Positions 29,738 through 39,739 of a stretch of 64,000 nt of DNA are shown here, one piece after another. Position 1 is the stretch's first letter, and each line of letters opens with the position of its first letter. Below the pieces are notes generated by a model. That model ran no database searches and was not told the DNA's origin. It was given only the letters and a program-made list of their open reading frames with translations. The DNA lies in contig CAWDXG010000004.1 of the NCBI GenBank assembly GCA_963806225.1, positions 608,001 to 672,000 of the forward strand, given 5' to 3'. The translations under genes were made by a program, and so were the position numbers. Source of the stretch: an uncultured delta proteobacterium (GTDB lineage: Bacteria > Myxococcota_A > Polyangia > Polyangiales > Polyangiaceae).

Positions 29738-30775
29738 CTAGAACCTTCCTTTTGCGCCTAGCGTGGCGCCATTGCCCACGCCGACCCACGGCTCGACGCT
29801 GAGGGCGCGAGCGGTCTTCTTCGTGTCCTTCTGGGGAGGTCCACCGCTCCAGTCCGTGGCGAACGCCCCCACAACAATGGTGACGACACCGAGGCCCGCT
29901 GTCACGCCGGCGAGGATGTTTGTCCTCAGCTGCCGGCTACGCCCATCGTCGTACAGGCTCTGGCAGTTGGATGCCCCGCTCGCGCAGGCCGCCTTCACCG
30001 TATCCGCTCCAGGGTTGGCCTTCGTGTCGATGCCGCTCCAGATCGTCACCCCACCGGCTGCCACGGTGAGACCTGTCCCGATCCAGAACACCAGCGGCGG
30101 CAACCCGCCGGACTTGACCTCCGCACCATGATCACCCGGTCCCGCCGGGCCCGGGCCCGGGCCCCTGCCCGTTCCGGCCGGCGTGGCCTTGTGCGTCGTC
30201 GGCCGGGGCTTGGGCGGCTCCTTGAAGCTCACGGAGGTCTGCCCGCCTTCTGTGGCCGTCACTTTCTGCGACGCATTCCGACCACCGGACCAGCCCGCGC
30301 GCAGCTCGTGCTCGCCGGGCTTGACGTAGACCGTCTTTTCCTTCGAAGCCCTGCCGAACGTCAGCTTGGTGCCAATCACGAGATCGCAGGGCGTGTTGCA
30401 CTGGACGTCAACGCGGTAGAGCTCCGTCTTGGCGCGTTTCAGCACCGAGCTGGCGATGTCCTTGATGCCCTGGTTGCCCGGATTGCGGGAGAGGCCGAGC
30501 GCAGCCAGCGTCGCGGCGCGATCGAGCTGCCCGGCCTTGTCGCGCGAACGGATCGCCAGCTCGAGGGTCTTCGCGCTCGGCGCATTTCGGTCCGCCGCCT
30601 CGAAGTGTTCCGCCGCCTCGGCGTAGTCCTTCGCCCGGTAAGCGTGCCGCCCCTGGTCGAATTCCGCGGCCGCTGCCTTGATCTGCTCGGCGGTCGGCGC
30701 GCTGTCCTGCGCGCCGGCGGCCCCCGCGACGGCCAGAACCATCGCGACTGCGGCAGCGCGTAGAAGGCATTTCAT
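29738..30775 (-). CDS. secreted TPR/PEGA-like membrane protein
   Basis: Signal peptide, TPR-like helix pair, beta domain and two C-terminal hydrophobic segments; ends in GRF; start moved to ATG 30775. Confidence 0.65.
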   Translation of the reverse strand: MKCLLRAAAVAMVLAVAGAAGAQDSAPTAEQIKAAAAEFDQGRHAYRAKDYAEAAEHFEAADRNAPSAKTLELAIRSRDKAGQLDRAATLAALGLSRNPGNQGIKDIASSVLKRAKTELYRVDVQCNTPCDLVIGTKLTFGRASKEKTVYVKPGEHELRAGWSGGRNASQKVTATEGGQTSVSFKEPPKPRPTTHKATPAGTGRGPGPGPAGPGDHGAEVKSGGLPPLVFWIGTGLTVAAGGVTIWSGIDTKANPGADTVKAACASGASNCQSLYDDGRSRQLRTNILAGVTAGLGVVTIVVGAFATDWSGGPPQKDTKKTARALSVEPWVGVGNGATLGAKGRF

Positions 30776-30962
30776 CCCTGATCGACCTCCCACTTGTCGC
30801 ACTCGTTCCGTGCACAGGCTACACCGTATCGTCCGAAGCGGCGAGCTGACGACGCCAAATGTCTGCGCACAACGCAGCGCGTCAGTCCAGCTACGGATCC
30901 CACCGGCAACGGCAGCAATGTAGGTAGGTGTGCGCTGGTGCCCACGAGCCGCCCGAAAGCGA

Positions 30963-32360
30963 TCAGCTCATCGAGAGCAGCAACCGCTCCGGCTCCTCGA
31001 GGTACTCGATGATGGTCCGCGCGAAGGCCGCCCCCACATGGCCGTCGATGATGCGGTGATCGAACGACAAGCTGAGCAGCATCACGTCGCCAATCACGAT
31101 CTGCTCGTCCTTCACGACCGGCCGCCGCTTGATCTCGTGCACACCGAGGATCGCGACTTCGGGATAGTTGACGATGGGCGTCGCGAACAGACCACCCAGC
31201 TTGCCGAGCGACGTGATCGTGAACGACGACCCGCCGAGGTCCTCCATGCGCGTGCGTCCGTCCCGCGCATCCGCAGCGAGCCGATCGATCTCGCGAGCGA
31301 TTTCGATGACGCTCAGACGATCCGCACCGCGCACGACCGGCACCGTCAGCCCGGCCTCGGTCGCCGCCGCGATGCCGATGTCGAAGGTGTTGCGAAGCAC
31401 CATTTCCTGCGACGCGTCGTCGACCAGACAGTTGAGCGCGGGATGCTTCTTGAGCGCGGCGACGACGGCCTTCACGATGAGCGGCAGGAACGAGAGCTTC
31501 ACGCCCTCGCGCTCGGCAAAAGTCTGGCTGCGACTGCGCAGCGCCTTCAACGCGGTCACGTCGCACTCGTCGACGTAGGTGAAGTGGGCAGCGGTGTGCT
31601 TGGACCGCGCCATGTTCTCGTAGATGCGGCGGCGGATCCCCTTGATGGGCACGCGCCGTTCAGCCTCGCCGCTCGGCACCGGCGCCGGGCGCGGAGCTGG
31701 AACGGGGGCAGGCCTGGCAGCTGCAGGCGCCGGGCGCGCGGGCGCCGACGGGGCGGCGGCTGCGGCGCCCGGTTGGAAATTCTGCAAGTCCTCGCGGGTC
31801 ACCCGCCCGCCCGGGCCGCTGGGCTGCACGCGGCGTAGATCGACACCGAGCTCGCGCGCCAGCTTGCGCGTGGCCGGCGCAGCCAGCGGCTTTTCGTTGA
31901 AGTAGCCGCTGTCTGCCGCCGGGGCCTGCCGCTGCGCCTGTGCGGCGCGCCCCGCCTGGGCAATCCCCATCCCCGGCAGCGACTCGCGGATATCGCCAAC
32001 GGCCGTCGCTGCCGGCTCGTCCTTCTTCTTCTGCTCGCGGGGGACCTGGGCCTGGGCCGGCTCTGGCGCCGCCTGCGGCTTGCCGTTGCCCGGGCCGGGC
32101 GCCGGCGCGCCGACACCGCCCTGGAGATCGAATACAACAAGCACCTGTCCGACCGGCACGACTTCGCCGACCTTGGCTCTGAGCTCCGCGATGGTTCCCT
32201 GGCGGGGAGCGCCGATGGTGACGGTGGCCTTGTCCGTCATCACCTCGACCATCTCCTGGTCCTCCGAGACCTTGTCGCCCTCCTGGACGAGCCAGTTGAC
32301 GATCTCGCCTTCGGTCACGCCTTCGCCGATGTCGGGTAGCTTGAATTCGTACTTTGACAT
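30963..32360 (-). CDS. 2-oxoacid dehydrogenase E2 (dihydrolipoamide acyltransferase)
   Basis: Single lipoyl domain (EVMTDKA), E3-binding APATRKLARELGVDL, and catalytic FDHRIIDG. Confidence 0.93.
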   Translation of the reverse strand: MSKYEFKLPDIGEGVTEGEIVNWLVQEGDKVSEDQEMVEVMTDKATVTIGAPRQGTIAELRAKVGEVVPVGQVLVVFDLQGGVGAPAPGPGNGKPQAAPEPAQAQVPREQKKKDEPAATAVGDIRESLPGMGIAQAGRAAQAQRQAPAADSGYFNEKPLAAPATRKLARELGVDLRRVQPSGPGGRVTREDLQNFQPGAAAAAPSAPARPAPAAARPAPVPAPRPAPVPSGEAERRVPIKGIRRRIYENMARSKHTAAHFTYVDECDVTALKALRSRSQTFAEREGVKLSFLPLIVKAVVAALKKHPALNCLVDDASQEMVLRNTFDIGIAAATEAGLTVPVVRGADRLSVIEIAREIDRLAADARDGRTRMEDLGGSSFTITSLGKLGGLFATPIVNYPEVAILGVHEIKRRPVVKDEQIVIGDVMLLSLSFDHRIIDGHVGAAFARTIIEYLEEPERLLLSMS

Positions 32361-32377
32361 GAAGGTCTCTCAGCGAC

Positions 32378-33352
32378 TCAGCTCTGCGCCGCTTCCAGCA
32401 TCGCGGGCAGGATGCGGTGGGACAGCGGCAGATATTCCATCTCGAGCGCATACGGGAACGGTGTGTCGAACCCGGTGACCCGCACAGGCGGCGCCTCCAG
32501 GTGATAGAACGCCTTTTCGCAAACCAGGCTCACGATCTCGGAGCCGAACCCGCACGTTCGCGGGGCCTCGTGAACCATGACGAGACGGCCCGTCTTCTTG
32601 ACGCTGGCCACGATGGTGTCGATGTCGACGGGCCACAAGGTGCGAAGGTCGATCACCTCGCACTCGACGCCCTTTTCCGCGGCCTTCTGCGCCGCGTCGA
32701 GCGCCTCGTAGAGCATCGCCCCGTACGCGACGACCGTAACGTGCTGGCCCTCGCGTGCGATGGACGCGCTCGACAGCGGCACCGTGTAGTCGCCTTCGGG
32801 CACGTCGCCCTTGGCGGCGCGGTACACCCGCTTCGGCTCGAAGAACATCACGGGGTCCGGATCCTGGATCGACGCGAGCAAGAGCCCCTTGGCGTCGTAG
32901 GGGTTCGACGGACACACCACCTTGAGCCCGGCGACGTGGATGAATTGCGCCTCCGGGTGCTGCGAGTGGTAGTGCCCGCCGCGGATGCCGCCGCCCACCG
33001 GCGTGCGGATCACCATCTTGGCCGGATACTCGCCGCCCGAGCGATAGCGATACTTCGCCAGCTCGCTGACGATCTGGTCGTAGGCCGGCCAGATGAAGTC
33101 CGAGAACTGGATCTCGGGGATCGGCACCAGCCCGTACAGGGCCATGCCGACTGCGGTGCCGATGATGCCGCCTTCGCTGAGCGGCGTGTCGATCACGCGA
33201 TCATCACCGAACTCGTCGAAGAGACCGGCCGTGACGCGGAACACTCCGCCGACCTTGCCGACATCCTCGCCCATCAGGACGACCCGGTCGTCCCGGCGCA
33301 TTGCCAGGCGTAGACCGTCGTTGATCGCCTGGACCATGTTCATCTGAGGCAT
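32378..33352 (-). CDS. 2-oxoacid dehydrogenase E1 beta subunit (branched-chain/pyruvate type)
   Basis: GEDVGKVGGVFRVT, DTPLSE, EIQFSDF, HSQ and FFEPK. Confidence 0.93.
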   Translation of the reverse strand: MPQMNMVQAINDGLRLAMRRDDRVVLMGEDVGKVGGVFRVTAGLFDEFGDDRVIDTPLSEGGIIGTAVGMALYGLVPIPEIQFSDFIWPAYDQIVSELAKYRYRSGGEYPAKMVIRTPVGGGIRGGHYHSQHPEAQFIHVAGLKVVCPSNPYDAKGLLLASIQDPDPVMFFEPKRVYRAAKGDVPEGDYTVPLSSASIAREGQHVTVVAYGAMLYEALDAAQKAAEKGVECEVIDLRTLWPVDIDTIVASVKKTGRLVMVHEAPRTCGFGSEIVSLVCEKAFYHLEAPPVRVTGFDTPFPYALEMEYLPLSHRILPAMLEAAQS

Positions 33353-33405
33353 GGGTGACTCCGCTCCGGACGCGCACCGCCGGCGCGTCCAATTCTACTT
33401 TCCGA

Positions 33406-34530
33406 TCAGTGCGAGGAGGGTGCGCGCGGGCCCGCGAGGAGCTGGGCACGCTGCTCCACAAGGTTCCAGGAGGGCTTCTCGAAGACGTCGTCGAACATCG
33501 TCTCGAGCGCCGGAGCAGGCGCGTGCTCCGCGTTCTCGACCGCCTTGCGGAAGCGCTGGTCGATCTCGCTGCGCAGCTGTTCTTCCTTTTCCTGGTTCCA
33601 CTTGTCGTGATGGACGAGATAACGCGACAGGCGCTCGATTGGGTCCCGTTCGACCCAGGGCTTGAGCTCGTCCTTCTTGCGGTAGGCGTTCGGGTCGTCG
33701 CTCGTCGAGTGACCGCCCATGCGGTACGTGAGCGCCTCGATCATCAACGGGCCCTTCCCGCTTGCCGCGTGCTCGACCGCACGGCGCGTCGCCGAGATGA
33801 CCGCGAACAGGTCGTTGCCGTCGACCCGAATGCCCGGGATGCCATAGGCGACGCCCTTCTCCGCGAAGGTGCGCGACGCCGTCTGCCGCTCCACCGGCAC
33901 GCTGATGGCCCAGCCGTTGTTGCGGCAGAAGAAGATCGTCGGCGCCTTGAACACGCCGGCGAAGTTCATCCCGTTGTGGAACTCGCTGGAGCTCGTCGCG
34001 CCGTCACCGAAATAGACCAGCGTGACCAGGTCCTGCTTCTTGATCTTCGCCGCCCAGGCGAAACCCACGGCCTGCGTCATCTGCGTGCCGATCGGCGAGC
34101 TGATCGAGCCCCAGTGCGCAGCCCGACACGTGTAGTGATCCGGCATCTGGCGGCCCTTGGCCGGGTCGTTGGCGTTGCCGAACATGTTGTCGACGAAGCT
34201 CTGCAGCTCCATGCCGCGCAGAAGCGCCGCACCGAACTCGCGGTAGCAGGGGAAGATCCAGTCGACCTCGCGCATGGCATACGCGGAGCCGATGATGGCG
34301 GCTTCTTCGCCGAGCGAACCAATGTGGAAACCGATGCGGCCCTGCCGCTGCAGGGTCACGAGCCGCTCGTCGACGATGCGGGTGAGCACCATGTGGCGGT
34401 AGAGCTCGATCGTTTCGTCGAGCGAGATACCCGGGTCGTGCTCTTCGTCCAGCGTGCCGTTTTCGTGCAGCACGCGCACGATGCCGTCGTCGGATGCGGG
34501 CGCGGAGAGGGTCTGTGCTGCTGACGTCAT
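33406..34530 (-). CDS. 2-oxoacid dehydrogenase E1 alpha subunit
   Basis: LQRQGRIGF, KGRQMP.H, ThDP motif GDGATS...NN and HSTSDDP (BCKDH-like); start moved to ATG 34530. Confidence 0.92.
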   Translation of the reverse strand: MTSAAQTLSAPASDDGIVRVLHENGTLDEEHDPGISLDETIELYRHMVLTRIVDERLVTLQRQGRIGFHIGSLGEEAAIIGSAYAMREVDWIFPCYREFGAALLRGMELQSFVDNMFGNANDPAKGRQMPDHYTCRAAHWGSISSPIGTQMTQAVGFAWAAKIKKQDLVTLVYFGDGATSSSEFHNGMNFAGVFKAPTIFFCRNNGWAISVPVERQTASRTFAEKGVAYGIPGIRVDGNDLFAVISATRRAVEHAASGKGPLMIEALTYRMGGHSTSDDPNAYRKKDELKPWVERDPIERLSRYLVHHDKWNQEKEEQLRSEIDQRFRKAVENAEHAPAPALETMFDDVFEKPSWNLVEQRAQLLAGPRAPSSH

Positions 34531-34714
34531 GACGTTCCCGATGTGCTGGCGGTCCGGCCGGAATCGCCGTCCGGGCGCGCTTTCGCGGGCGAGCCTAGTC
34601 GAACGCTCCCGCCTGCGTAACCCCTGATACGTCCATCGGGATCGATGCGCCAGTGTGCGGGAAATCAAGCCCCGGAAGCGGTCTGACGCGCCGCATCGAC
34701 AGCGCTGACGTCCG

Positions 34715-35284
34715 TCAGTCCCTGAGCGCGCGCTCCGCCTCGCCGAGCGCGCGCTCCAGCGCGTCCAGGTCGAGCTGGAACTCGCGGGTAAGCTTCTCTA
34801 GAACCGTCCGCTCCTCGGCGCTGACGCCCCCCGAGACGTAGGCCAGGAGCGCAGCCATGCGCAGCACTTCCTCGGCGTGCTCGGGGCGATTGACCGTCCG
34901 CGCGACCATCTGGATGCGCTTGTCGACGCCGTCTTCTTCGAGTTGATCGGCGAGATCGGCGAGCAGCGCCTTGACCTGGGTCTCGGCGACCCGATCCTCG
35001 CACGCCGAGAGCACGACATGCTGGAACGCCTGCTGCTCGGTCGCGTCGAATTCGCCGTCGGCGTGAGCGACGAGAAATGCACTTTCCACCACAGCCTCGA
35101 ACAGCGCAGCTGCGCCCGGATCGAACCCGGTCGGCTGTGTGGCCTCGTCGCCGGTCGGCTTCGAGCCATAGGAAGCAGCAGCTGCGGTGAGCAGCGACCC
35201 CTTGACGGTGTCGCTGGCATAGCTCGGCGGTTCGCCGAGCTTGCTCGCGACCCTGTTGAGCAGGCTCTCATCGGCTACAGGCAT
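34715..35284 (-). CDS. TerB family protein
   Basis: AFLVAHADGEFDATE and a second, degenerate GGVSAEE motif. Confidence 0.8.
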   Translation of the reverse strand: MPVADESLLNRVASKLGEPPSYASDTVKGSLLTAAAASYGSKPTGDEATQPTGFDPGAAALFEAVVESAFLVAHADGEFDATEQQAFQHVVLSACEDRVAETQVKALLADLADQLEEDGVDKRIQMVARTVNRPEHAEEVLRMAALLAYVSGGVSAEERTVLEKLTREFQLDLDALERALGEAERALRD

Positions 35285-35454
35285 GTACAGGAACTCCGGG
35301 AGGGGACGCCGCGAGCGTAACCGAAGTGTCGGCGCGCGTCAGCGGCCAGACGAGGGGTTTTGCGCCGTCCCGTGCCGTCGCCCGCTCCGACTGGAATCCT
35401 CCGCCGGGGCTCGTCCGGATCCCCGGGCACCTCGCCGCTCCCGGCGCGGGCTCG

Positions 35455-36471
35455 CTATCGCTTCGCTTTCGACAGCAGGGCTTCCGGCGGCACGACTCCG
35501 GGCCGACGGGCCGATGCAGCCTGGCCAACGAGCCGTGCCGGAGCGCCCTCGCCCGCCTCGGCCGGCCGGAGCCGGGCCTGCACGAAACCCTCGGCAGCAT
35601 GGTAGCTGGATCGCACCAGCGGGCCCGACGCGACGAAAGCAAAGCCCAGAGCGTAGCCCGCGCGCTCGTAGGCGGCGAAGCGTCCGGGCTCGACGTAGCG
35701 TTCGACCGGCGCATGGCGTGGCGTCGGCCGGAGGTACTGGCCGAGTGTGACGACGTCCACGCCAGCCGCGCGCAGATCCTCCATCGTCTCCTCGACCTCG
35801 TCGTCCGTCTCGCCGATGCCCACCATGATGCTGCTCTTGACGAGGCGCTCCGGCGCCCTCTGCTTGGCGTAGCGGAGCACGTCCAGCGACAGATCGTAGC
35901 TGCAGCGCTGATCGCGGATGAGCGGGGTCAGGCGACGGGTGACCTCGATGTTGTGGGCGAACACGTCGGGAGCGCCGTCCACCATCACGTCGATGTCGGG
36001 TCGGCGTCCGCCGAAATCTCCAACGAGCGTCTCGACCAGCAGCTCCGGCTGGTGCTGGCGCAGGGATTTCACCGCGCGCGCCATATGATCGGCCCCGCCG
36101 TCGATGAGGTCGTCGCGGTCGACCATGGTCAGCACCACGTACTTCAGGCCCAGCGATGCGATGGCCCGGCCCACGTGCTCGGGCTCGCGCGGGTCGACCG
36201 CGCCGCGCGGATTGCCGGTGGTCACCGCGCAGAAGCGGCAGCCCCGCGTGCACATGTGCCCGAGCAGCATCACCGTGGCGGTGCCCGCGCCCCAGCACTC
36301 GCCCACGTTCGGACAGCGCGCTTCCTCGCAAACCGTGAACAGGTCCAGACCGCGCAGGGTCTGTTTGAGCCGGGCGTAGCTCTCGCCGCCGGGAGCGCGC
36401 ACTTTCAGCCAGTCCGGCTTGCGCTCGCGCGGGACCGGGCCCGCCGGCGCGGGCTGCTCCTGATCAGTCAC
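35455..36471 (-). CDS. lipA: lipoyl synthase
   Basis: KPDWLK, CEEARCPNVGEC, CTRGCRFC, GQYLRP and RSSY. Confidence 0.97.
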   Translation of the reverse strand: MTDQEQPAPAGPVPRERKPDWLKVRAPGGESYARLKQTLRGLDLFTVCEEARCPNVGECWGAGTATVMLLGHMCTRGCRFCAVTTGNPRGAVDPREPEHVGRAIASLGLKYVVLTMVDRDDLIDGGADHMARAVKSLRQHQPELLVETLVGDFGGRRPDIDVMVDGAPDVFAHNIEVTRRLTPLIRDQRCSYDLSLDVLRYAKQRAPERLVKSSIMVGIGETDDEVEETMEDLRAAGVDVVTLGQYLRPTPRHAPVERYVEPGRFAAYERAGYALGFAFVASGPLVRSSYHAAEGFVQARLRPAEAGEGAPARLVGQAASARRPGVVPPEALLSKAKR

Positions 36472-36511
36472 GGCGCTAGCCTAGTGTCCGGCAACGAGCC
36501 CCGCAATCCCG

Positions 36512-37555
36512 TCAGCCGGTCGAAAGTCGCCGGATGGCGTCGGGACCCACGGGATCGATCACCCCCCGCTCGGTGAAGATCGCGCTGACGAGCCGGGCGG
36601 GCGTCACGTCGAAGGAGGGGTTTCTCGCGTGCACGCCCTCAGGCGAAAGTCGCCGATCGCCCAGGTGCGTCACCTCGCGCTCGCTGCGTTCCTCGATCGG
36701 GATCGCATCGCCCGACGGACACTGCTCGTCCACCGTGCTCCAGGGCGCCGCGACGTAGAACGGACGGTCGTGCAGCCGCGCCAGGCACGCCACCGAATAG
36801 GTCCCGATCTTGTTGGCCACGTCGCCGTTCTGCGCGATGCGGTCGGAGCCGACGACGGCCAGGTCGATGACCCCGCGCGCGAAGAACGAGCCAGCGCTGT
36901 TGTCGGTGATCAGCTCCACGTCGATGCCGTCGCGCACAAGCTCCCAGGTCGTCAGCCGCGCGCCCTGCAGGTACGGCCGTGTCTCGTCGGCCAGCACGCT
37001 GACCTTCTTGCCCGCGTCGCGTGCCGCGCGGATTACGCCCAGCGCCGTGCCGTAGCCGCCCGTCGCCAGCGCGCCGGCGTTGCAGTGCGTGAGGATGGTC
37101 GCGCCGTCGGGCACGCGCTCGGCGCCGAGCCGGCCCATGCTGCGGTTCGCCTGCACATCGTCGGCGTGGATGCGGCGCGCCTCCGCCGCGAGCAGCTCGA
37201 CCCGACCCGCGCTGTCGCCCTGCCGGGCGACGGCGAGCATGCGATCGACGGCCCAGGCCAGGTTCACGGCGGTGGGACGCGCGGCCTTGAGCCGCTCGCC
37301 CGCGGCTTCGAGTGGCTCGCCCGCGCGCGCCGCCAGCACCATGCCGTAGGCCGCCGCGATGCCGATGGCCGGCGCGCCGCGCACAATCATGTCGCGGATG
37401 GCGACCGCCACGCCGTCCACGTCCTCGACCACCACGTAGTGTTCGTCGACCGGCAACAGCCGCTGCTCGAGCATCACGACCGAAGCGTTGTCCGGCATCA
37501 GCTCCACTGCCGAGTAGTCGCTGCCGCTCAGGGGGTTGGGGTGGGGCAATCGCAT
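36512..37555 (-). CDS. mtnA: S-methyl-5-thioribose-1-phosphate isomerase
   Basis: [37 protein letters not shown] and NKIGTY; ATG 37555 shares a base with the gatB stop. Confidence 0.96.
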   Translation of the reverse strand: MRLPHPNPLSGSDYSAVELMPDNASVVMLEQRLLPVDEHYVVVEDVDGVAVAIRDMIVRGAPAIGIAAAYGMVLAARAGEPLEAAGERLKAARPTAVNLAWAVDRMLAVARQGDSAGRVELLAAEARRIHADDVQANRSMGRLGAERVPDGATILTHCNAGALATGGYGTALGVIRAARDAGKKVSVLADETRPYLQGARLTTWELVRDGIDVELITDNSAGSFFARGVIDLAVVGSDRIAQNGDVANKIGTYSVACLARLHDRPFYVAAPWSTVDEQCPSGDAIPIEERSEREVTHLGDRRLSPEGVHARNPSFDVTPARLVSAIFTERGVIDPVGPDAIRRLSTG

Positions 37556-38994
37556 CAGCTCTCTCCATTCTCGAGCAAGCGCTGGAACAGGCTGCTGACC
37601 AGCTTCGGATCGGCCGAGCCGCGCGTTTCCTTCATGACGCGCCCGACGAAGAAACCGAGTACGCCCTTCTTGCCTCCCCGGACAGCTGCCGCCTCCTTGG
37701 GATGCGCCTCCACGAGCCGCTGGCAGAGCGGGAGCAACTCGCTCTCGTCGCCGACCACGCGCATGCCGCGCTCCTCGACCACGGCGCGCGGCATGCGCTC
37801 GCTGCCTTCGAGCAGGGCCTGCACTTCCTTGGCCTGCTTGCCGCTGATCGCGCCCTCGTCGACCAGCGAGAGCAGCTCCGCCACCTGCGTGGGCGTCACG
37901 CTGAAGCTGGCTTGCAGCCCGTGCGTAGTCAGGCCGCGCAGCACCTCGGTCTGGATCCAGTTCGCCGCCTTGACCGCCTCCGGGTAGTGCTCGAGCACCT
38001 GCTCGAAGAAGCGCGCTACGGCCGGATGCTGCGTGAGCGTGTGCGCCGCCTGCTCCCCGAGGCCGAGCTCGGCGACCCAGCGCCGGCGCCGCGCGGCGGG
38101 CAGCTCCCCTACCCCGAGGCGCGCGGCGTCGACCAGCGCGTCGGGGATCACCAGCGGCGGCAGATCCGGCTCGGGGAAGTAGCGGTAGTCGTGTGCCTCT
38201 TCCTTCGAGCGCAGCGTGCGCGTGGTGCCCGTGGCCGGGTCGAAGCTGCGCGTCTCCTGCGTCACCGTTCCGCCGCTCTCGACCAGCGCCGTCTGGCGCG
38301 CGATCTCGACCTCGATGGCGCGTTCCACGAAGCGGAAGGAGTTCAGGTTCTTCAGCTCCGCTCGCGTACCGAGCTTCTCCTCGCCGCGCGATCGGATGGA
38401 CACGTTGGCGTCGCAGCGGAAGCTCCCCTCCTCCAGGTTTCCGTCGTTCACGCCGATCGACACCAGGATCTCGCGCAGCGCCCTGAGATACGCCGCGGCC
38501 TCGGCACCGCTCCGGAGATCCGGCTCTCCCACGATCTCGATGAGCGGCGTGCCGGCGCGGTTGAGATCGACCAGCGACTGCCCGCCCACGCCGTGCACGT
38601 TCTTGCCGGCGTCCTCCTCCATGTGCACGCGCGTGATGCCCGCCCGCTTCACGCCGCCGTCGATCTCCACGTCGAGATGGCCGTGCTGGCTGAACGGCTG
38701 CTCGTACTGGCTCACCTGGTAGCCCTTCGGCAGGTCCGGGTAGAAGTAGTTCTTGCGGGCAAAGATGCTGCGCTGGTTGATGTGGCAACCGAGAGCGAGC
38801 GCCGCCCGCACCGCGTACTCCACCGCGCGGCGGTTGATGACGGGCAGCGCTCCGGGCAGGCCCAGGCACACCGGGCACACATTCTCGTTCGGGCGCTCGC
38901 CGAAGCTGGTCGAGCAGGCGCAGAACAGCTTGCTCCGGGTGAGCAGCTGCGCGTGGACCTCCAGCCCGATGACCGCTTCGAACTCTGCGCTCAC
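37555..38994 (-). CDS. gatB: Asp-tRNA(Asn)/Glu-tRNA(Gln) amidotransferase subunit B
   Basis: [35 protein letters not shown] and [15 protein letters not shown] start at 38994. Confidence 0.97.
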   Translation of the reverse strand: MSAEFEAVIGLEVHAQLLTRSKLFCACSTSFGERPNENVCPVCLGLPGALPVINRRAVEYAVRAALALGCHINQRSIFARKNYFYPDLPKGYQVSQYEQPFSQHGHLDVEIDGGVKRAGITRVHMEEDAGKNVHGVGGQSLVDLNRAGTPLIEIVGEPDLRSGAEAAAYLRALREILVSIGVNDGNLEEGSFRCDANVSIRSRGEEKLGTRAELKNLNSFRFVERAIEVEIARQTALVESGGTVTQETRSFDPATGTTRTLRSKEEAHDYRYFPEPDLPPLVIPDALVDAARLGVGELPAARRRRWVAELGLGEQAAHTLTQHPAVARFFEQVLEHYPEAVKAANWIQTEVLRGLTTHGLQASFSVTPTQVAELLSLVDEGAISGKQAKEVQALLEGSERMPRAVVEERGMRVVGDESELLPLCQRLVEAHPKEAAAVRGGKKGVLGFFVGRVMKETRGSADPKLVSSLFQRLLENGES

Positions 38995-39078
38995 GGCCTT
39001 CTCATATCCCGCTATCGCAGCCGGCGCCCGCCGCGGACCGTGTCGAAATGCCGCAAAAGTGTGGCATTTCGACACAGG

Positions 39079-39729
39079 CTAGTGATGCTTCTCGCGAGTG
39101 ACGCCGGCGAAGCCCTTCTCGCCCGGCTCCTTGCGCGGATTTTCGGTCTCCTGCGAGCCATCCCGGCCGTGGAAGCTCATCAAGAGGTCCTTGTCGAAGA
39201 TGAACTGATCGCGAGAGTCGTACGGCGCCGCGTGCACGCCGGTGTCCATACGGATGGCGTCGCACGGGCACGCCTCCACGCAGAAGCCACAGAAGATGCA
39301 GCGCAGTTCGTCGATGACGAAGCGCGCGGGATAGCGCTCGTAGCCATGGCGCGGATCCCCCTCGGGATACTCCGCCGCTTCGATATGGATGCACTGCGCA
39401 GGACAGGCCGTCGAGCAGCACAGACACGCCACGCAGCGCGGCGAACCGTCGTGGCGGTGGGTCAGACGATGCACGCCGCGGAAGCGCGTGGGATACGGCC
39501 GCCGCTGCTCGGGATAGCTGATGGTGTTGATGCCGTCCTCGATGCTCTCCAGCACCGGATCCGGCCGCTGCCCGAACGCCATCTCCTTCGTGTTCTTGAA
39601 GAAGTGCTTCATCGCGATGCCGAGGCCGCGCGAGATCTCCGGAATGTAGGCCTGCACGCGCCCGCTGCGCGCCGGGCGCGGTATCGGCGTGCCGACGACC
39701 TTGCGCGGTCCGAGCGGTCCTGTCGTCAT
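39079..39729 (-). CDS. nuoI: NADH-quinone oxidoreductase subunit I
   Basis: Two ferredoxin motifs, CVACLCCSTACP and CIFCGFCVEACP; also FRGVH. Confidence 0.93.
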   Translation of the reverse strand: MTTGPLGPRKVVGTPIPRPARSGRVQAYIPEISRGLGIAMKHFFKNTKEMAFGQRPDPVLESIEDGINTISYPEQRRPYPTRFRGVHRLTHRHDGSPRCVACLCCSTACPAQCIHIEAAEYPEGDPRHGYERYPARFVIDELRCIFCGFCVEACPCDAIRMDTGVHAAPYDSRDQFIFDKDLLMSFHGRDGSQETENPRKEPGEKGFAGVTREKHH

Positions 39730-39739
39730 CGTGTTCTCC

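Noticed and set aside
34715..35284. Tellurite resistance operon
   Set aside because: Only a lone TerB-family gene; no terZ/A/C/D/E
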